From a virus (taxonomy: Duplodnaviria > Caudoviricetes), in IMG/VR virus record IMGVR_UViG_3300031963_000166, positions 1-58,516 of that record: a stretch of 58,516 nucleotides of DNA; one strand, 5' to 3'. Shown one piece after another: positions 7,702 to 16,027 of this stretch. A model generated the notes under the pieces. The model was not told where the DNA came from. It was given only the letters and a program-made list of their open reading frames with translations, and did no database searches. The translations under genes were made by a program, and so were the position numbers. Each line of letters starts with the position of its first letter. Within the stretch, counting starts at the first letter, position 1.

Positions 7702-7728
7702 TAAAGCCCGCGCTGGCGGCGGGCTTTA
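7702..7728 (-). terminator. Intrinsic terminator hairpin
   Basis: TAAAGCCCGC-GCTGGCG-GCGGGCTTTA with a T-run on the minus strand, right after stop 7731. Confidence 0.75.
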
Positions 7729-7730
7729 AA

Positions 7731-8045
7731 TTACGCGTTAACAACCTCTGCCTGACCGTTCAGGGCAATTGGCGGAGGAATTACGTTAATCTCAAATCGG
7801 TATGCGGTTGCGTTGCTTTTTGAGTTGATCAATCTTACAACGCTTTTGCCTACATTTACGGCTTTCACGGACAGTTCCTGGCCGTTTTCAGTGACATCAA
7901 GGCACTTGTCGTTGGTGAGGCTCCACTCCAAATCTGGGGCAAATCCCTCGCTTACAACAACATCAAACGCTTGACCCTGAATGGCGTCTACAGACCCATT
8001 AAAGTCTCGTATGATGTTTCCTGAGATTAGAAAGTCAAGTTTCAT
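7731..8045 (-). CDS. Ig-like (Big_2-type) domain protein
   Basis: LEWSLTNDKCLDV ... SVKAVNVGKSVVRL pattern. Confidence 0.6.
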   Translation of the reverse strand: MKLDFLISGNIIRDFNGSVDAIQGQAFDVVVSEGFAPDLEWSLTNDKCLDVTENGQELSVKAVNVGKSVVRLINSKSNATAYRFEINVIPPPIALNGQAEVVNA

Positions 8046-8056
8046 GGTGCCGGATA

Positions 8057-8422
8057 TTAATTGATGTCGCTTTCAATTGTTACTGCGGCTCCAATGTTGT
8101 CGGCCTGTACGCCAACCATCAGTCCGGCAAACTCCTCTGAAAGCTCAATAACGCCATCTCCGCGATCGGCGTCAACCTTTACTTTCACAGAGTACGCACC
8201 CTCGTTGCCCGTGTTCAGGGATCGAACCCGGCATGTAAAAAAGCCTTCTGTGTTTTCGTCAACCTCCAGGAACACAATGTCTGACCCGGACGTCAGTTCC
8301 CATGTGGCGTTTCCGTCAACTTTTGCCGGAACAGGAGCCCCGGAAATAGGGTCGGTACCCGTGGGTGAAATGGAGAGTACCACTAATTGTCCTTGTGGTA
8401 AAATGTTTGGAATTGCAATCAT
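8057..8422 (-). CDS. Ig-like beta-sandwich protein
   Basis: ATWELTSGSDIV ... GAYSVKVKVDAD pattern; TATTTTTG box on the minus strand at 8457-8464. Confidence 0.55.
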   Translation of the reverse strand: MIAIPNILPQGQLVVLSISPTGTDPISGAPVPAKVDGNATWELTSGSDIVFLEVDENTEGFFTCRVRSLNTGNEGAYSVKVKVDADRGDGVIELSEEFAGLMVGVQADNIGAAVTIESDIN

Positions 8423-8507
8423 TGTGATAATTTTTTAATTGGGTGAATTTAGATCGCAAAAATAGATAGAACTTAAGTCGGTTGTGTGAATTCGGAAATA
8501 ATTTATG

Positions 8508-9494
8508 TCAGACAATTTTACCCCTGTGTATTCTGAAATTCTTCACATGAAATTCAGAGCCGTTTCTTGTGATAAAAGCAAAGCCGTGATTCCACTTGTT
8601 GTATGGTGAATAGTCGGGCGAAAGTTCACACAAACAACCAACGCTCCATGTGGTTATCATCTTGTCATTAACGTCACGTTCGGTATGCTCCGATGTCTGA
8701 TGGCTGTGTCCGCAAATGGCGTTGGCCTTTGCCCTCATATAAAGTCCTCGCGCCACGTTTACGGGACTGAATACCGTACTTCCGAACTCATGGCCGTGAA
8801 AGACTGACAGCTTCCCTATGTTGGCCTTTGTTCGGCCTCCAATGTATTCGATGTTGAACTCTGACAGCTTGAGTAATGCAGCCAAAGTGAACGCCTCGAT
8901 GTCGAGCAGTTCAGGTGCTTTGATCCGCATAAACCGCCAGTATCTTTCTTCGTGATTTCCCTCTTTGAAATAGATTTTGGCCTTCGGAAATTCACGCCTG
9001 AGTATCTCGAAGAACTTGTGAGCCTGTTTCAACTCATGGCTGAATCTGCGTTTCTTCGGGTCTTTCTCAAATGATGATAACTGATAACAGTCTATCACAT
9101 CACCGTTCAGATAGATGCAGTCTGCATCGTGTTCTTTCCCGTATTTCAGTGCCACTGTAATGCTTTCCTCGTCGTGATAAGGGAAGTGGACGTCGGATAA
9201 AAAAAGTATTCGAGTACCATCGACCTCAACGCTTTTACGAGGTTTTGAACTTGATTTAGGTATGTCGTCGAATGGGTTTGGCGATCGTGGTGGAACGTAC
9301 CGATCTTTATACTTAACCTTTGAATCCTTGGTGCCACCCTTACCTTCTATTCGCCTCAGTGCGCCCCTGCAACTCTCGACGCTAACATATAACGCCGGAT
9401 GTTCTTTGCAGATTTTCTTTGCGAGCGTCAGGTTTGGCGTGTTGGGAAACCTGTTTCGGTATTCAATCAGGACGTCGGTTCTTGTCATTGCCAT
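8508..9494 (-). CDS. Calcineurin-like metallophosphoesterase with N-terminal extension
   Basis: SDVH, GDVID, GNHE, HGH and GHSH motifs all present in order. Confidence 0.92.
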   Translation of the reverse strand: MAMTRTDVLIEYRNRFPNTPNLTLAKKICKEHPALYVSVESCRGALRRIEGKGGTKDSKVKYKDRYVPPRSPNPFDDIPKSSSKPRKSVEVDGTRILFLSDVHFPYHDEESITVALKYGKEHDADCIYLNGDVIDCYQLSSFEKDPKKRRFSHELKQAHKFFEILRREFPKAKIYFKEGNHEERYWRFMRIKAPELLDIEAFTLAALLKLSEFNIEYIGGRTKANIGKLSVFHGHEFGSTVFSPVNVARGLYMRAKANAICGHSHQTSEHTERDVNDKMITTWSVGCLCELSPDYSPYNKWNHGFAFITRNGSEFHVKNFRIHRGKIV

Positions 9495-9778
9495 AGTTTT
9501 ATTTGGTTTGAATAAGTATTTGCCCTTGCCTCGTTCCAAAGCAGGTATAAATCGTTTACATGAACATTCACAATTAACGGGGCTTCCGCATCCTCTCCCG
9601 ACACCCAAACACAACTCATGTTGCGGTACTCAATACTTTCCGCAATTCTGTAAATGTGATCTGCCCTGACGTAATGAATTAAGAACTCAGGCTTATCTTT
9701 TCCATGAGCCAAAACTTCTAAACATAAATCTTCTGAAAGTAGCTCAATCTCGTTTTTGGGTCTTCTCGGTGATGCCAT
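9485..9778 (-). CDS. Hypothetical protein
   Basis: 97 aa; TATTTTTG box on the minus strand at 9825-9832. Confidence 0.7.
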   Translation of the reverse strand: MASPRRPKNEIELLSEDLCLEVLAHGKDKPEFLIHYVRADHIYRIAESIEYRNMSCVWVSGEDAEAPLIVNVHVNDLYLLWNEARANTYSNQIKLWQ

Positions 9779-9947
9779 TGATTAATTTTTTATTTAAGAT
9801 ATTGATTACATACAAATAGATTCGCAAAAATAACGACTTGTTGCAATTGGTAGAATTTACAGCGAAATGAATTAATTCTAAAAAAATATACCCAGTTGGG
9901 TACAAAGCAGGGCATTAACCCGTTTTTAACACCTAATAGGGTATGAC

Positions 9948-10151
9948 TTAGTCAATCCCGACCTCGGAAACAAGGGAGCAAACAAATTCATAAGCCCCCA
10001 ACAACTCCTTATTGCGCCTCGGACAGTCCTTAACCCGCCTCCTTAAATTCTCCCTAATAGCAAGCAACGCCGAATGATACATCGAACCACCACTCGCCCA
10101 CTTAAACAAGTCCTGATCCTCAGGCAAATCAAATTCTAAAATTGCTTTCAT
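9948..10151 (-). CDS. Hypothetical phage protein (KAILEF.LPED family)
   Basis: MKAILEFDLPEDQDLF, paralog of 2948..3169. Confidence 0.75.
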   Translation of the reverse strand: MKAILEFDLPEDQDLFKWASGGSMYHSALLAIRENLRRRVKDCPRRNKELLGAYEFVCSLVSEVGID

Positions 10152-10176
10152 TTGAATTAATTTATCCGTTTACAAA

Positions 10177-10494
10177 CTATCTATCCCGTCCTCCGGCCAG
10201 TAAATTCTCTTTCTTCTTCAATCCGGCATCAGTGCTCGCGTTTTTTATTTTCTCAATCCTGTCCAATGAACCGCATAGCCACAGGTACATGTCGTTCCCG
10301 GTAAGCTCGTACAGCACTTCGTTTATCTTTCGCATAAGAACCCTCTCATGCCATTTTATAAGCATGCTTGGCTTGTGAGACGGATCTGACTGGATTGTGA
10401 GAAGGTGTCTTCTTAGCTCTCGATAAAAAACAACGTCTGGCTTTCCAGTTTTGTTTGCCGGAATTTCTGGATGCTTTTTTTCTAACCGGCTCAT
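10177..10494 (-). CDS. Hypothetical protein
   Basis: 105 aa, ATGA-coupled. Confidence 0.65.
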   Translation of the reverse strand: MSRLEKKHPEIPANKTGKPDVVFYRELRRHLLTIQSDPSHKPSMLIKWHERVLMRKINEVLYELTGNDMYLWLCGSLDRIEKIKNASTDAGLKKKENLLAGGRDR

Positions 10495-10910
10495 TGTCCA
10501 AGGTATTTGGAAATTGCCACCATTTCCGATGTTGGGAACGTTGATATCAGCCCCCTGATCATTTTTCTTCTTGCGGGGACGCAGAGATAATCGTTTTGAA
10601 CAGCCCGCTTTGCGTAAATAACGGTCGAGTGATCCCTGCCAACAATTGTCCCAATAGACTTCAAACTATCTCCGTAGCACACTTTTGAAAACGCCATAAA
10701 AACCTGCCTCGGGAACACCACTTCCTCGTTTTTCTTTTTGCTTTTTATTTGGTCTTGCGAGACGCCAAAATGAGAGCAAATTCGATCAAGCATCCATTCC
10801 TTTGTTCCGCCGTTTTCAAGATCGTGTATTTGATCGTACGCTAATTTAAATTCCTCAACGCACTCTTCTTTTACCATTGACAAAAGGTCTTCGTATTTGT
10901 ATCGCTTCAT
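10491..10910 (-). CDS. DnaA C-terminal (domain IV)-like HTH protein
   Basis: ICSHFGVS ... VVFPRQVFM ... SLKSIGTIVGRDHSTVIYA matches the DnaA domain IV signature; no AAA+ domain. Confidence 0.88.
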   Translation of the reverse strand: MKRYKYEDLLSMVKEECVEEFKLAYDQIHDLENGGTKEWMLDRICSHFGVSQDQIKSKKKNEEVVFPRQVFMAFSKVCYGDSLKSIGTIVGRDHSTVIYAKRAVQNDYLCVPARRKMIRGLISTFPTSEMVAISKYLGQ

Positions 10911-10928
10911 TTTTATTATTGATTTGTT

Positions 10929-10962
10929 AAAAAAAAAGGAATGGGGCGGTTTTTCCGCCCCA
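10929..10962 (-). terminator. Intrinsic terminator
   Basis: TGGGGCGG-N5-CCGCCCCA followed by a T9 run on the minus strand, after the SSB-like gene. Confidence 0.8.
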
Positions 10963-10968
10963 AAATGA

Positions 10969-11598
10969 TCAGAACGGGAGGTCATCCTCGTGTTGAGAAT
11001 CCGTCGCAGGCTCTGCTTGTTTTTCTGTTTTTCCAATGACTGTCGCTTCCATCTTGGGAATGAAAACTTTCGAAAGATAGTCTTCAAAAAATTGCTGGCG
11101 ATCAGTGTCGTCCCAAACAATTTCACCCTTCACCTTTACCTGAACCATTTGCGGCATTCCCTTTGGATCGTCTTTTGTCCAATACCAATCAACGTTGTTT
11201 TCTCCTTGACGGATGTACAGCATTGTTTTTTTCTGCCCATCAATCTCTTTCATCCACGGAGCAAGAGTAATGCTTTTTGACAGATCAATGTTTGGCATGC
11301 AGAGAAAGAATCCGGAAGAGTACCGGGAAGACCACGGCATCTGAACTTGAAACTTTTCTCCAATATCTTCAAGGACAATGCACAGTTGCGGGCCGTATCC
11401 CTTATCTGAGCTTCTCTTGAACACGTCTACAATTCTGCCCGTAACCGAAGGGTACCTTTTTTCGTACCAGATTCTCGATCCGTCTTTTGACCGGCACTCA
11501 ACGGCGCCTTCTGTTCCTTTTTCAACTCGTTTTGCAATACGTCCTTCAGATATGCTGAGGTACGTTTTGTCTGAACCACTGTTTGTGTCTAATCCCAT
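10969..11598 (-). CDS. Putative single-stranded DNA-binding protein
   Basis: Acidic C-terminal tail EDDLPF; replication-module context; own promoter and terminator. Confidence 0.65.
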   Translation of the reverse strand: MGLDTNSGSDKTYLSISEGRIAKRVEKGTEGAVECRSKDGSRIWYEKRYPSVTGRIVDVFKRSSDKGYGPQLCIVLEDIGEKFQVQMPWSSRYSSGFFLCMPNIDLSKSITLAPWMKEIDGQKKTMLYIRQGENNVDWYWTKDDPKGMPQMVQVKVKGEIVWDDTDRQQFFEDYLSKVFIPKMEATVIGKTEKQAEPATDSQHEDDLPF

Positions 11599-11630
11599 TT
11601 TTTTTATGATTAATTATTAATTGTGAAATG

Positions 11631-11662
11631 CAAACATATAACACGCAAGGCTTGTGACCAAA
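11631..11662 (-). promoter_or_regulatory. Bacteroidota sigma70-type promoter
   Basis: TTTG, 20-nt spacer, TATGTTTG on the minus strand. Confidence 0.8.
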
Positions 11663-11678
11663 TATTTTTTGTTAATTT

Positions 11679-13619
11679 TTATTCCCACGACTCTTTGTGC
11701 CCGTTTGGGTGGGTCTCCTCTTCCCATTCTTTGATGTCTTTAGAGTCTGTCCAGCTTCTGTTTGGCCTTATTGCCGACGGCTTTGGCTGCTCTATTGGGT
11801 ACTGAACATTTTTTCCATCAATTGCTTGCTGCAGGTAGTCTACGCCGTTAAATGTAAATCTCCTGATTCTTCTGTTAAGCTGAAAAATGCAAAATCCTTT
11901 TTGACCCACTATTTTTTGCTTCTTGATTTTTTTGCTGTGGAATTCGCACGTCGGATCATCCGGAGCCGTTTGGGCAAATGGCCTGTGATAAATCAGTATG
12001 TTGTCAACCTTGTTGTTCCACATCGCTCCGTCAGCCAAATCAAAAACGTCAGGGCACGGATAGTTTCCGTCATCGCCCTTCCTCATCTTGTGAGGGTGAA
12101 TAACAATGTCAAAGCAAACGTTGTTTTTTCTTGCGAAACGCGTGCAGTCCGACAAAAACGTTTCAAGGTACTTATCCGTTCTTCCCGAGCTCTTAGCATA
12201 ATCGTTGGCCATTTGGTTGAACGGATCTATGACGACCCTGTCTACGTTGAATTTTATTATCAAGCTGAGGAATATCTCCTTGACATAATCAGGGGTAGGG
12301 GCTACGTCTTTTGGGTAAACCATAAAAATGTGCTCGCCGATCATTTTGTACACCTTCATGTACGATTCGTATGGCGGTCTCCCTGGGTTGTTAGGAGTGC
12401 AGTCGCACCCAAAATATATCTCTACAAGATCGTGGTAAAACTGCTCCGCAGGAAGTTCTTCCGGCGTGAATATGGCCACCTTTTCGCCAAAAACAACCAT
12501 TCTGAAGATCATTTCCCACTTCATAAATGCCGATTTCCCGTAGTTTCCTATTCCTGATATCGCGGTAAGCTCCCCTTTTGCTCTTTTGAAATGTTTGTCA
12601 ATCTCCGGGACACCAAGCGGTTGGGCTGTCTTGTACCCATTAAGGTATATGCTTGCCGCCCGATCAGAAACCTCTTCCGCATAAATAACATCTTCTTTCG
12701 ACATTTCTGCGGCGTCTTCTTCCGTAATGATTATGTCGATCTCTCTCTTGGTTGTTCTTGTCACAAGTTTCTCGTTGGTAAACTCAGCGGTGTTCCATTG
12801 TGACTTATTCGCCCTGTAGGCGCTTCTTACGGCGTTTCTGCATTCTTTTTGACTAAAGCTTGCGTCTGGCACAACATATGTCATCATCATGTTGTAACAC
12901 GTTTCCTCAAGCATTCCAAACCTACAGCAACTCGCGGCGAGTTTGAACACAAAATGATTTCTCTCGCCTTCCCGAAAAGCATCTCCTCTTGATGCCATCC
13001 ATGTTAAAAGGTTGTTGAATATTTTGTCATCGTCGGTAACTGTAATTTGCTCCGTGTGTTGCCTCCTGTTTTCTACACGATCGGAGACCGGCAGCTTATC
13101 GAACGCCAGAGCCTGATGATTCATCAAAATATTCGGGTCAAACGACTCAAAACATAGTCTTGAAACGTTTCTGCCGGTCTTATCGGCATCTGGAAACTCC
13201 TGCATAAGCGCGTCAAAGTGCTCGGCATGCTTTGACTCCCATTCTATTTCAACCAAGGCTTTTACTCCGTTTCCAGAAGGAGAAATCCACGCGGCTAAAA
13301 CATACTTGGAAAGCGCCAACTCTTTCTTTTTTTGTTCAGCATCTGGCACCTTGTCAAAATCAAGCACAACATACCCGGAATGCTCCATCAGGCTTCCGTC
13401 TGCCCTTTTTGAAAACCTACCGCTAAAACACACTCCAGGTAGCGTTTTTTTGATTTCGTCAGCTTCTTCTTTTGTCTTGGCCGATCTGATCTTTTCGACA
13501 GTTTCACGAGACTTACCGTCTTTAATCCTGTCAAGAGCCTTGGAAATAGTGATCACGTCACCGGTAATGTCTCTTGAGTTTCTGTATATGGAAACCTTAC
13601 CATTTATTGTTTTCGTCAT
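11679..13619 (-). CDS. Primase-helicase: BT4734/VirE-N-like primase, PriCT domain and DnaB/RecA-type helicase
   Basis: SGYVVLDFD, SPSGNGVK, SRLCFESFDP (N-terminal); GERNHFVFKLA (PriCT); Walker A GIGNYGKS and Walker B VVIDP. Confidence 0.88.
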   Translation of the reverse strand: MTKTINGKVSIYRNSRDITGDVITISKALDRIKDGKSRETVEKIRSAKTKEEADEIKKTLPGVCFSGRFSKRADGSLMEHSGYVVLDFDKVPDAEQKKKELALSKYVLAAWISPSGNGVKALVEIEWESKHAEHFDALMQEFPDADKTGRNVSRLCFESFDPNILMNHQALAFDKLPVSDRVENRRQHTEQITVTDDDKIFNNLLTWMASRGDAFREGERNHFVFKLAASCCRFGMLEETCYNMMMTYVVPDASFSQKECRNAVRSAYRANKSQWNTAEFTNEKLVTRTTKREIDIIITEEDAAEMSKEDVIYAEEVSDRAASIYLNGYKTAQPLGVPEIDKHFKRAKGELTAISGIGNYGKSAFMKWEMIFRMVVFGEKVAIFTPEELPAEQFYHDLVEIYFGCDCTPNNPGRPPYESYMKVYKMIGEHIFMVYPKDVAPTPDYVKEIFLSLIIKFNVDRVVIDPFNQMANDYAKSSGRTDKYLETFLSDCTRFARKNNVCFDIVIHPHKMRKGDDGNYPCPDVFDLADGAMWNNKVDNILIYHRPFAQTAPDDPTCEFHSKKIKKQKIVGQKGFCIFQLNRRIRRFTFNGVDYLQQAIDGKNVQYPIEQPKPSAIRPNRSWTDSKDIKEWEEETHPNGHKESWE

Positions 13620-14409
13620 AAGTAGGGGCTTGTTTTTTCATGTTGACTATATCTGTTTCGGTGGAAAATTCTTGTTCCCAGCATCTTTGGTTTAACCATG
13701 TCTGTAGGTTTTTCCATTGTGGGAAAAATTCTTTTTTAGACCTTGCGGCCTCTCGCGCTGCCAACTCCTTATCAAGAGCCGGCATGAGTAGCGGGAGCGC
13801 TTCTTTCCAGTCCTTGTGCTTTTTGAACGTTCTGAACTCTGTCATAGACCCCTTCTTGGTTCCGCCATACTTTTTACGGAAATCCTCAAAGGATGCCGGC
13901 ACCTGATTTTTGACTTCCTCGCACAGCAGCGGTTTGGGGGCTGAATTTGAAAACTTCAAGCGATCAAACACATCTCTTTTGTATGTATTTTTATTTCTTT
14001 GTAAAGTTGTTTCTTTGTATATACCCGGTTCTACCGATTGTCGGTTTTCACCGATAACGGGAAAACCTGATATCGGTGAAAGCTCATCTTGGTTGAGCTC
14101 GTGCTGTGGGGAATCATAGATGACGTGATCCCAGCCAATTAGTTTACCGGTAGATTTGTCCGACGTCCTTTTGCTGAAGATGTACCCCTTGTCTTGAAGG
14201 GACTTAAAAACCCTGTCTATTGCATGCTTCCCATCAGGAAGGCGCTCATAAAGATTTTTTTTGTAAATCACCCAGTCGTCAGGAAGAGACAAAAGGAACG
14301 ACAACATCCCCTTCTCTTCAAGCGTTAGGCCAACGGACTGAGTCAGTTCGTTTGGCAAGACGGAGAACCCGTGTTTGCGCTTGGCTTTAATTATTTGTCC
14401 TGTATTCAT
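13597..14409 (-). CDS. Replication initiator (lambda-O-like organisation, N-terminal wHTH)
   Basis: FSVLPNEL ... LTLEEKGMLSFLLSLPDDW ... LQDKGYI; C-terminal QTWLNQRCWE; directly upstream of the helicase. Confidence 0.8.
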   Translation of the reverse strand: MNTGQIIKAKRKHGFSVLPNELTQSVGLTLEEKGMLSFLLSLPDDWVIYKKNLYERLPDGKHAIDRVFKSLQDKGYIFSKRTSDKSTGKLIGWDHVIYDSPQHELNQDELSPISGFPVIGENRQSVEPGIYKETTLQRNKNTYKRDVFDRLKFSNSAPKPLLCEEVKNQVPASFEDFRKKYGGTKKGSMTEFRTFKKHKDWKEALPLLMPALDKELAAREAARSKKEFFPQWKNLQTWLNQRCWEQEFSTETDIVNMKKQAPTYDENNKW

Positions 14410-14414
14410 AGAAG

Positions 14415-14508
14415 AAAAAAAACAAGCCCCGTGTGGAGTACCGGGGCTTGGGTTGGTCAAACTTGCGTTCAACTTGCCAAACCCTCATTTTGACTCCACT
14501 CAAAATGA
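14415..14508 (-). promoter_or_regulatory. Structured 5' leader or attenuator of the replication operon
   Basis: Three adjacent hairpins; the last is a terminator with T8; loops GTGGAGT and ACTCCAC are complementary. Confidence 0.7.
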
Positions 14509-14529
14509 CGGCCTGGCTGTAAGACTTTG

Positions 14530-14618
14530 CAAACATAGCAAAACAAAATCATCTTGTCAACATTTAATCGAAAATATTTTATCAACTATTGACACGTCGT
14601 TAATTGTATGTATATTTG
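14530..14618. promoter_or_regulatory. Divergent Bacteroidota-type promoters (replication arm and structural arm)
   Basis: Minus: TATGTTTG at 14530-14537 with TTGA about 20 nt upstream; plus: TTG at 14589-14591, 19-nt spacer, TATATTTG at 14611-14618. Confidence 0.75.
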
Positions 14619-14633
14619 CAAATAAAAAACGCA

Positions 14634-14846
14634 ATGCTTACACCGCCGGACGGAACTGTTTTTGTAGAGTCAGTAAACAACAAGGGCAAACACATTGAGG
14701 CCGTTATTGAGTCAATTGGGGCTGACGTTGATTATGAAGTAGGAACAAAGGTTGGCATTATTGGGCACATCGAAAAGCTTGAGATACAAGGGGAAACTAA
14801 GTTCTCAGTAAACGAAAAATACATAGCATTTATAATTGAACAATGA
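14634..14846 (+). CDS. GroES/Cpn10-like protein lacking most of the mobile loop
   Basis: P.DG.VFVE ... AVIESIG ... YEVGTKV ... LEIQGE ... VNEKYIAFI follows the GroES strand pattern. Confidence 0.65.
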   Translation: MLTPPDGTVFVESVNNKGKHIEAVIESIGADVDYEVGTKVGIIGHIEKLEIQGETKFSVNEKYIAFIIEQ

Positions 14847-15181
14847 GACATGTTAGCAACGCCCTTCGAATAATGAAGGAAAAAACAGGAACGGATTATT
14901 CACAATTTATCCGTATTCAAAACGAAGAAGACACGACCGGCGTTCCGCCGGTGGTAAGCTTTCAGGTACAGAGCGATCCAATATCGATTATTGGAATCAA
15001 TGGTATTCAGGCTGTCGACATAATCCGATACGCCGCGTGTCTTATCGAAAGTCTGAATACCGCATTTCCTTGTGATGAAAATTCGTCAACCATTTTTATG
15101 CTTGAAGAGGCTATTCACTGGCAAAACAAAAGAACTCAAAACAGGACAGAAAGGGGCGTTGAAGGAAAAAACGAAGCTTAA
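14843..15181 (+). CDS. Tad1-like anti-defence (cyclic-nucleotide sponge) protein
   Basis: FQ ... GINGIQ..DII ... FPCDEN ... LEEAIHWQNKRTQNR.ERGVEG resembles the Tad1 C-terminal motif as I recall it. Confidence 0.75.
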   Translation: MRHVSNALRIMKEKTGTDYSQFIRIQNEEDTTGVPPVVSFQVQSDPISIIGINGIQAVDIIRYAACLIESLNTAFPCDENSSTIFMLEEAIHWQNKRTQNRTERGVEGKNEA

Positions 15182-15489
15182 TGAATACTGCTTGCATAAT
15201 AATAATTTTTTGCGCTTTAGCGCTTATTCTGTCAATGTTTTGGCAGGAACTCAAGATGTTTACCTTGAGTGCTTTTGATTTTAGATCGAAAAACCAGTAC
15301 AGGATATGTAGGTTTAAAAATGTTTTTACGGTGCAATACAGGTCTCGCCAGCACGGGTTGTGGGAGGTTTATTACTCGCATTTGTTCAATACATGGATGT
15401 TTGACACGCAGGAAGACGCCGAAATAGCACTCCGAGAATGCATGGATTATTTTAAAGCCAAGCAAGCACACGATAACAGAAAGAATTAA
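15181..15489 (+). CDS. Membrane-anchored hypothetical protein
   Basis: N-terminal hydrophobic helix. Confidence 0.65.
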   Translation: MNTACIIIIFCALALILSMFWQELKMFTLSAFDFRSKNQYRICRFKNVFTVQYRSRQHGLWEVYYSHLFNTWMFDTQEDAEIALRECMDYFKAKQAHDNRKN

Positions 15490-15492
15490 AAG

Positions 15493-15813
15493 ATGAGCAA
15501 TAAAAAGGTTTGGTCAAGAGCAAAGCAATTACTTCAGACAATGATTGACGACAGGATTGAGATATACGAGGTGACTCGCATACTCAACCCAATGTCTAAC
15601 GAGTCAAGAAAGAAGCTGTCTTTGTGCAGGACGGACATAACAGACGAAGATCTCGATCAAATTGAAGAAACGATAAAAAGGTATAAGGAGACCCTTATCG
15701 ACATGTCTTCTACGGTTGTCACGCAAAGAGTGAAGAGGTCTGAGTTTTTCAAAAAACTTGAACAACATTATGATAAGAACAAAAACAAAAAGTCAGTACG
15801 AAAAAGGAATTAG
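15493..15813 (+). CDS. Hypothetical protein
   Basis: 106 aa, in operon. Confidence 0.7.
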   Translation: MSNKKVWSRAKQLLQTMIDDRIEIYEVTRILNPMSNESRKKLSLCRTDITDEDLDQIEETIKRYKETLIDMSSTVVTQRVKRSEFFKKLEQHYDKNKNKKSVRKRN

Positions 15814-16027
15814 CGTCTACGATTACTACATCCGCAGAGAGGTAGTTGAAAAAAGCAAGCTTGATTCTCTCGTGACGAATCCTGAAGTCGTGGCTATTTT
15901 TGACGGATCTTACGCATCCATAAGAAGGGCTATCGTAAAGATGAGGGACAAGAAAAGTGTCGGGAAAAAATTCTTTGAAAAGCAAATGGCTTTTCTTGAG
16001 GTGTATGAAAAAAACTTTGTAAAATGA
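15770..16027 (+). CDS. Hypothetical protein
   Basis: Trimmed to ATG; ATGA-coupled to the next gene. Confidence 0.6.
   Translation: MIRTKTKSQYEKGISVYDYYIRREVVEKSKLDSLVTNPEVVAIFDGSYASIRRAIVKMRDKKSVGKKFFEKQMAFLEVYEKNFVK

Noticed and set aside
9886-9945. TACCC-N4-GGGTA palindrome as an operator
   Set aside because: Only one good copy plus a weak neighbour; not enough support
11697-12557. 286-aa plus-strand ORF
   Set aside because: Entirely antisense to the helicase; a shadow ORF, like most other antisense ORFs in the track
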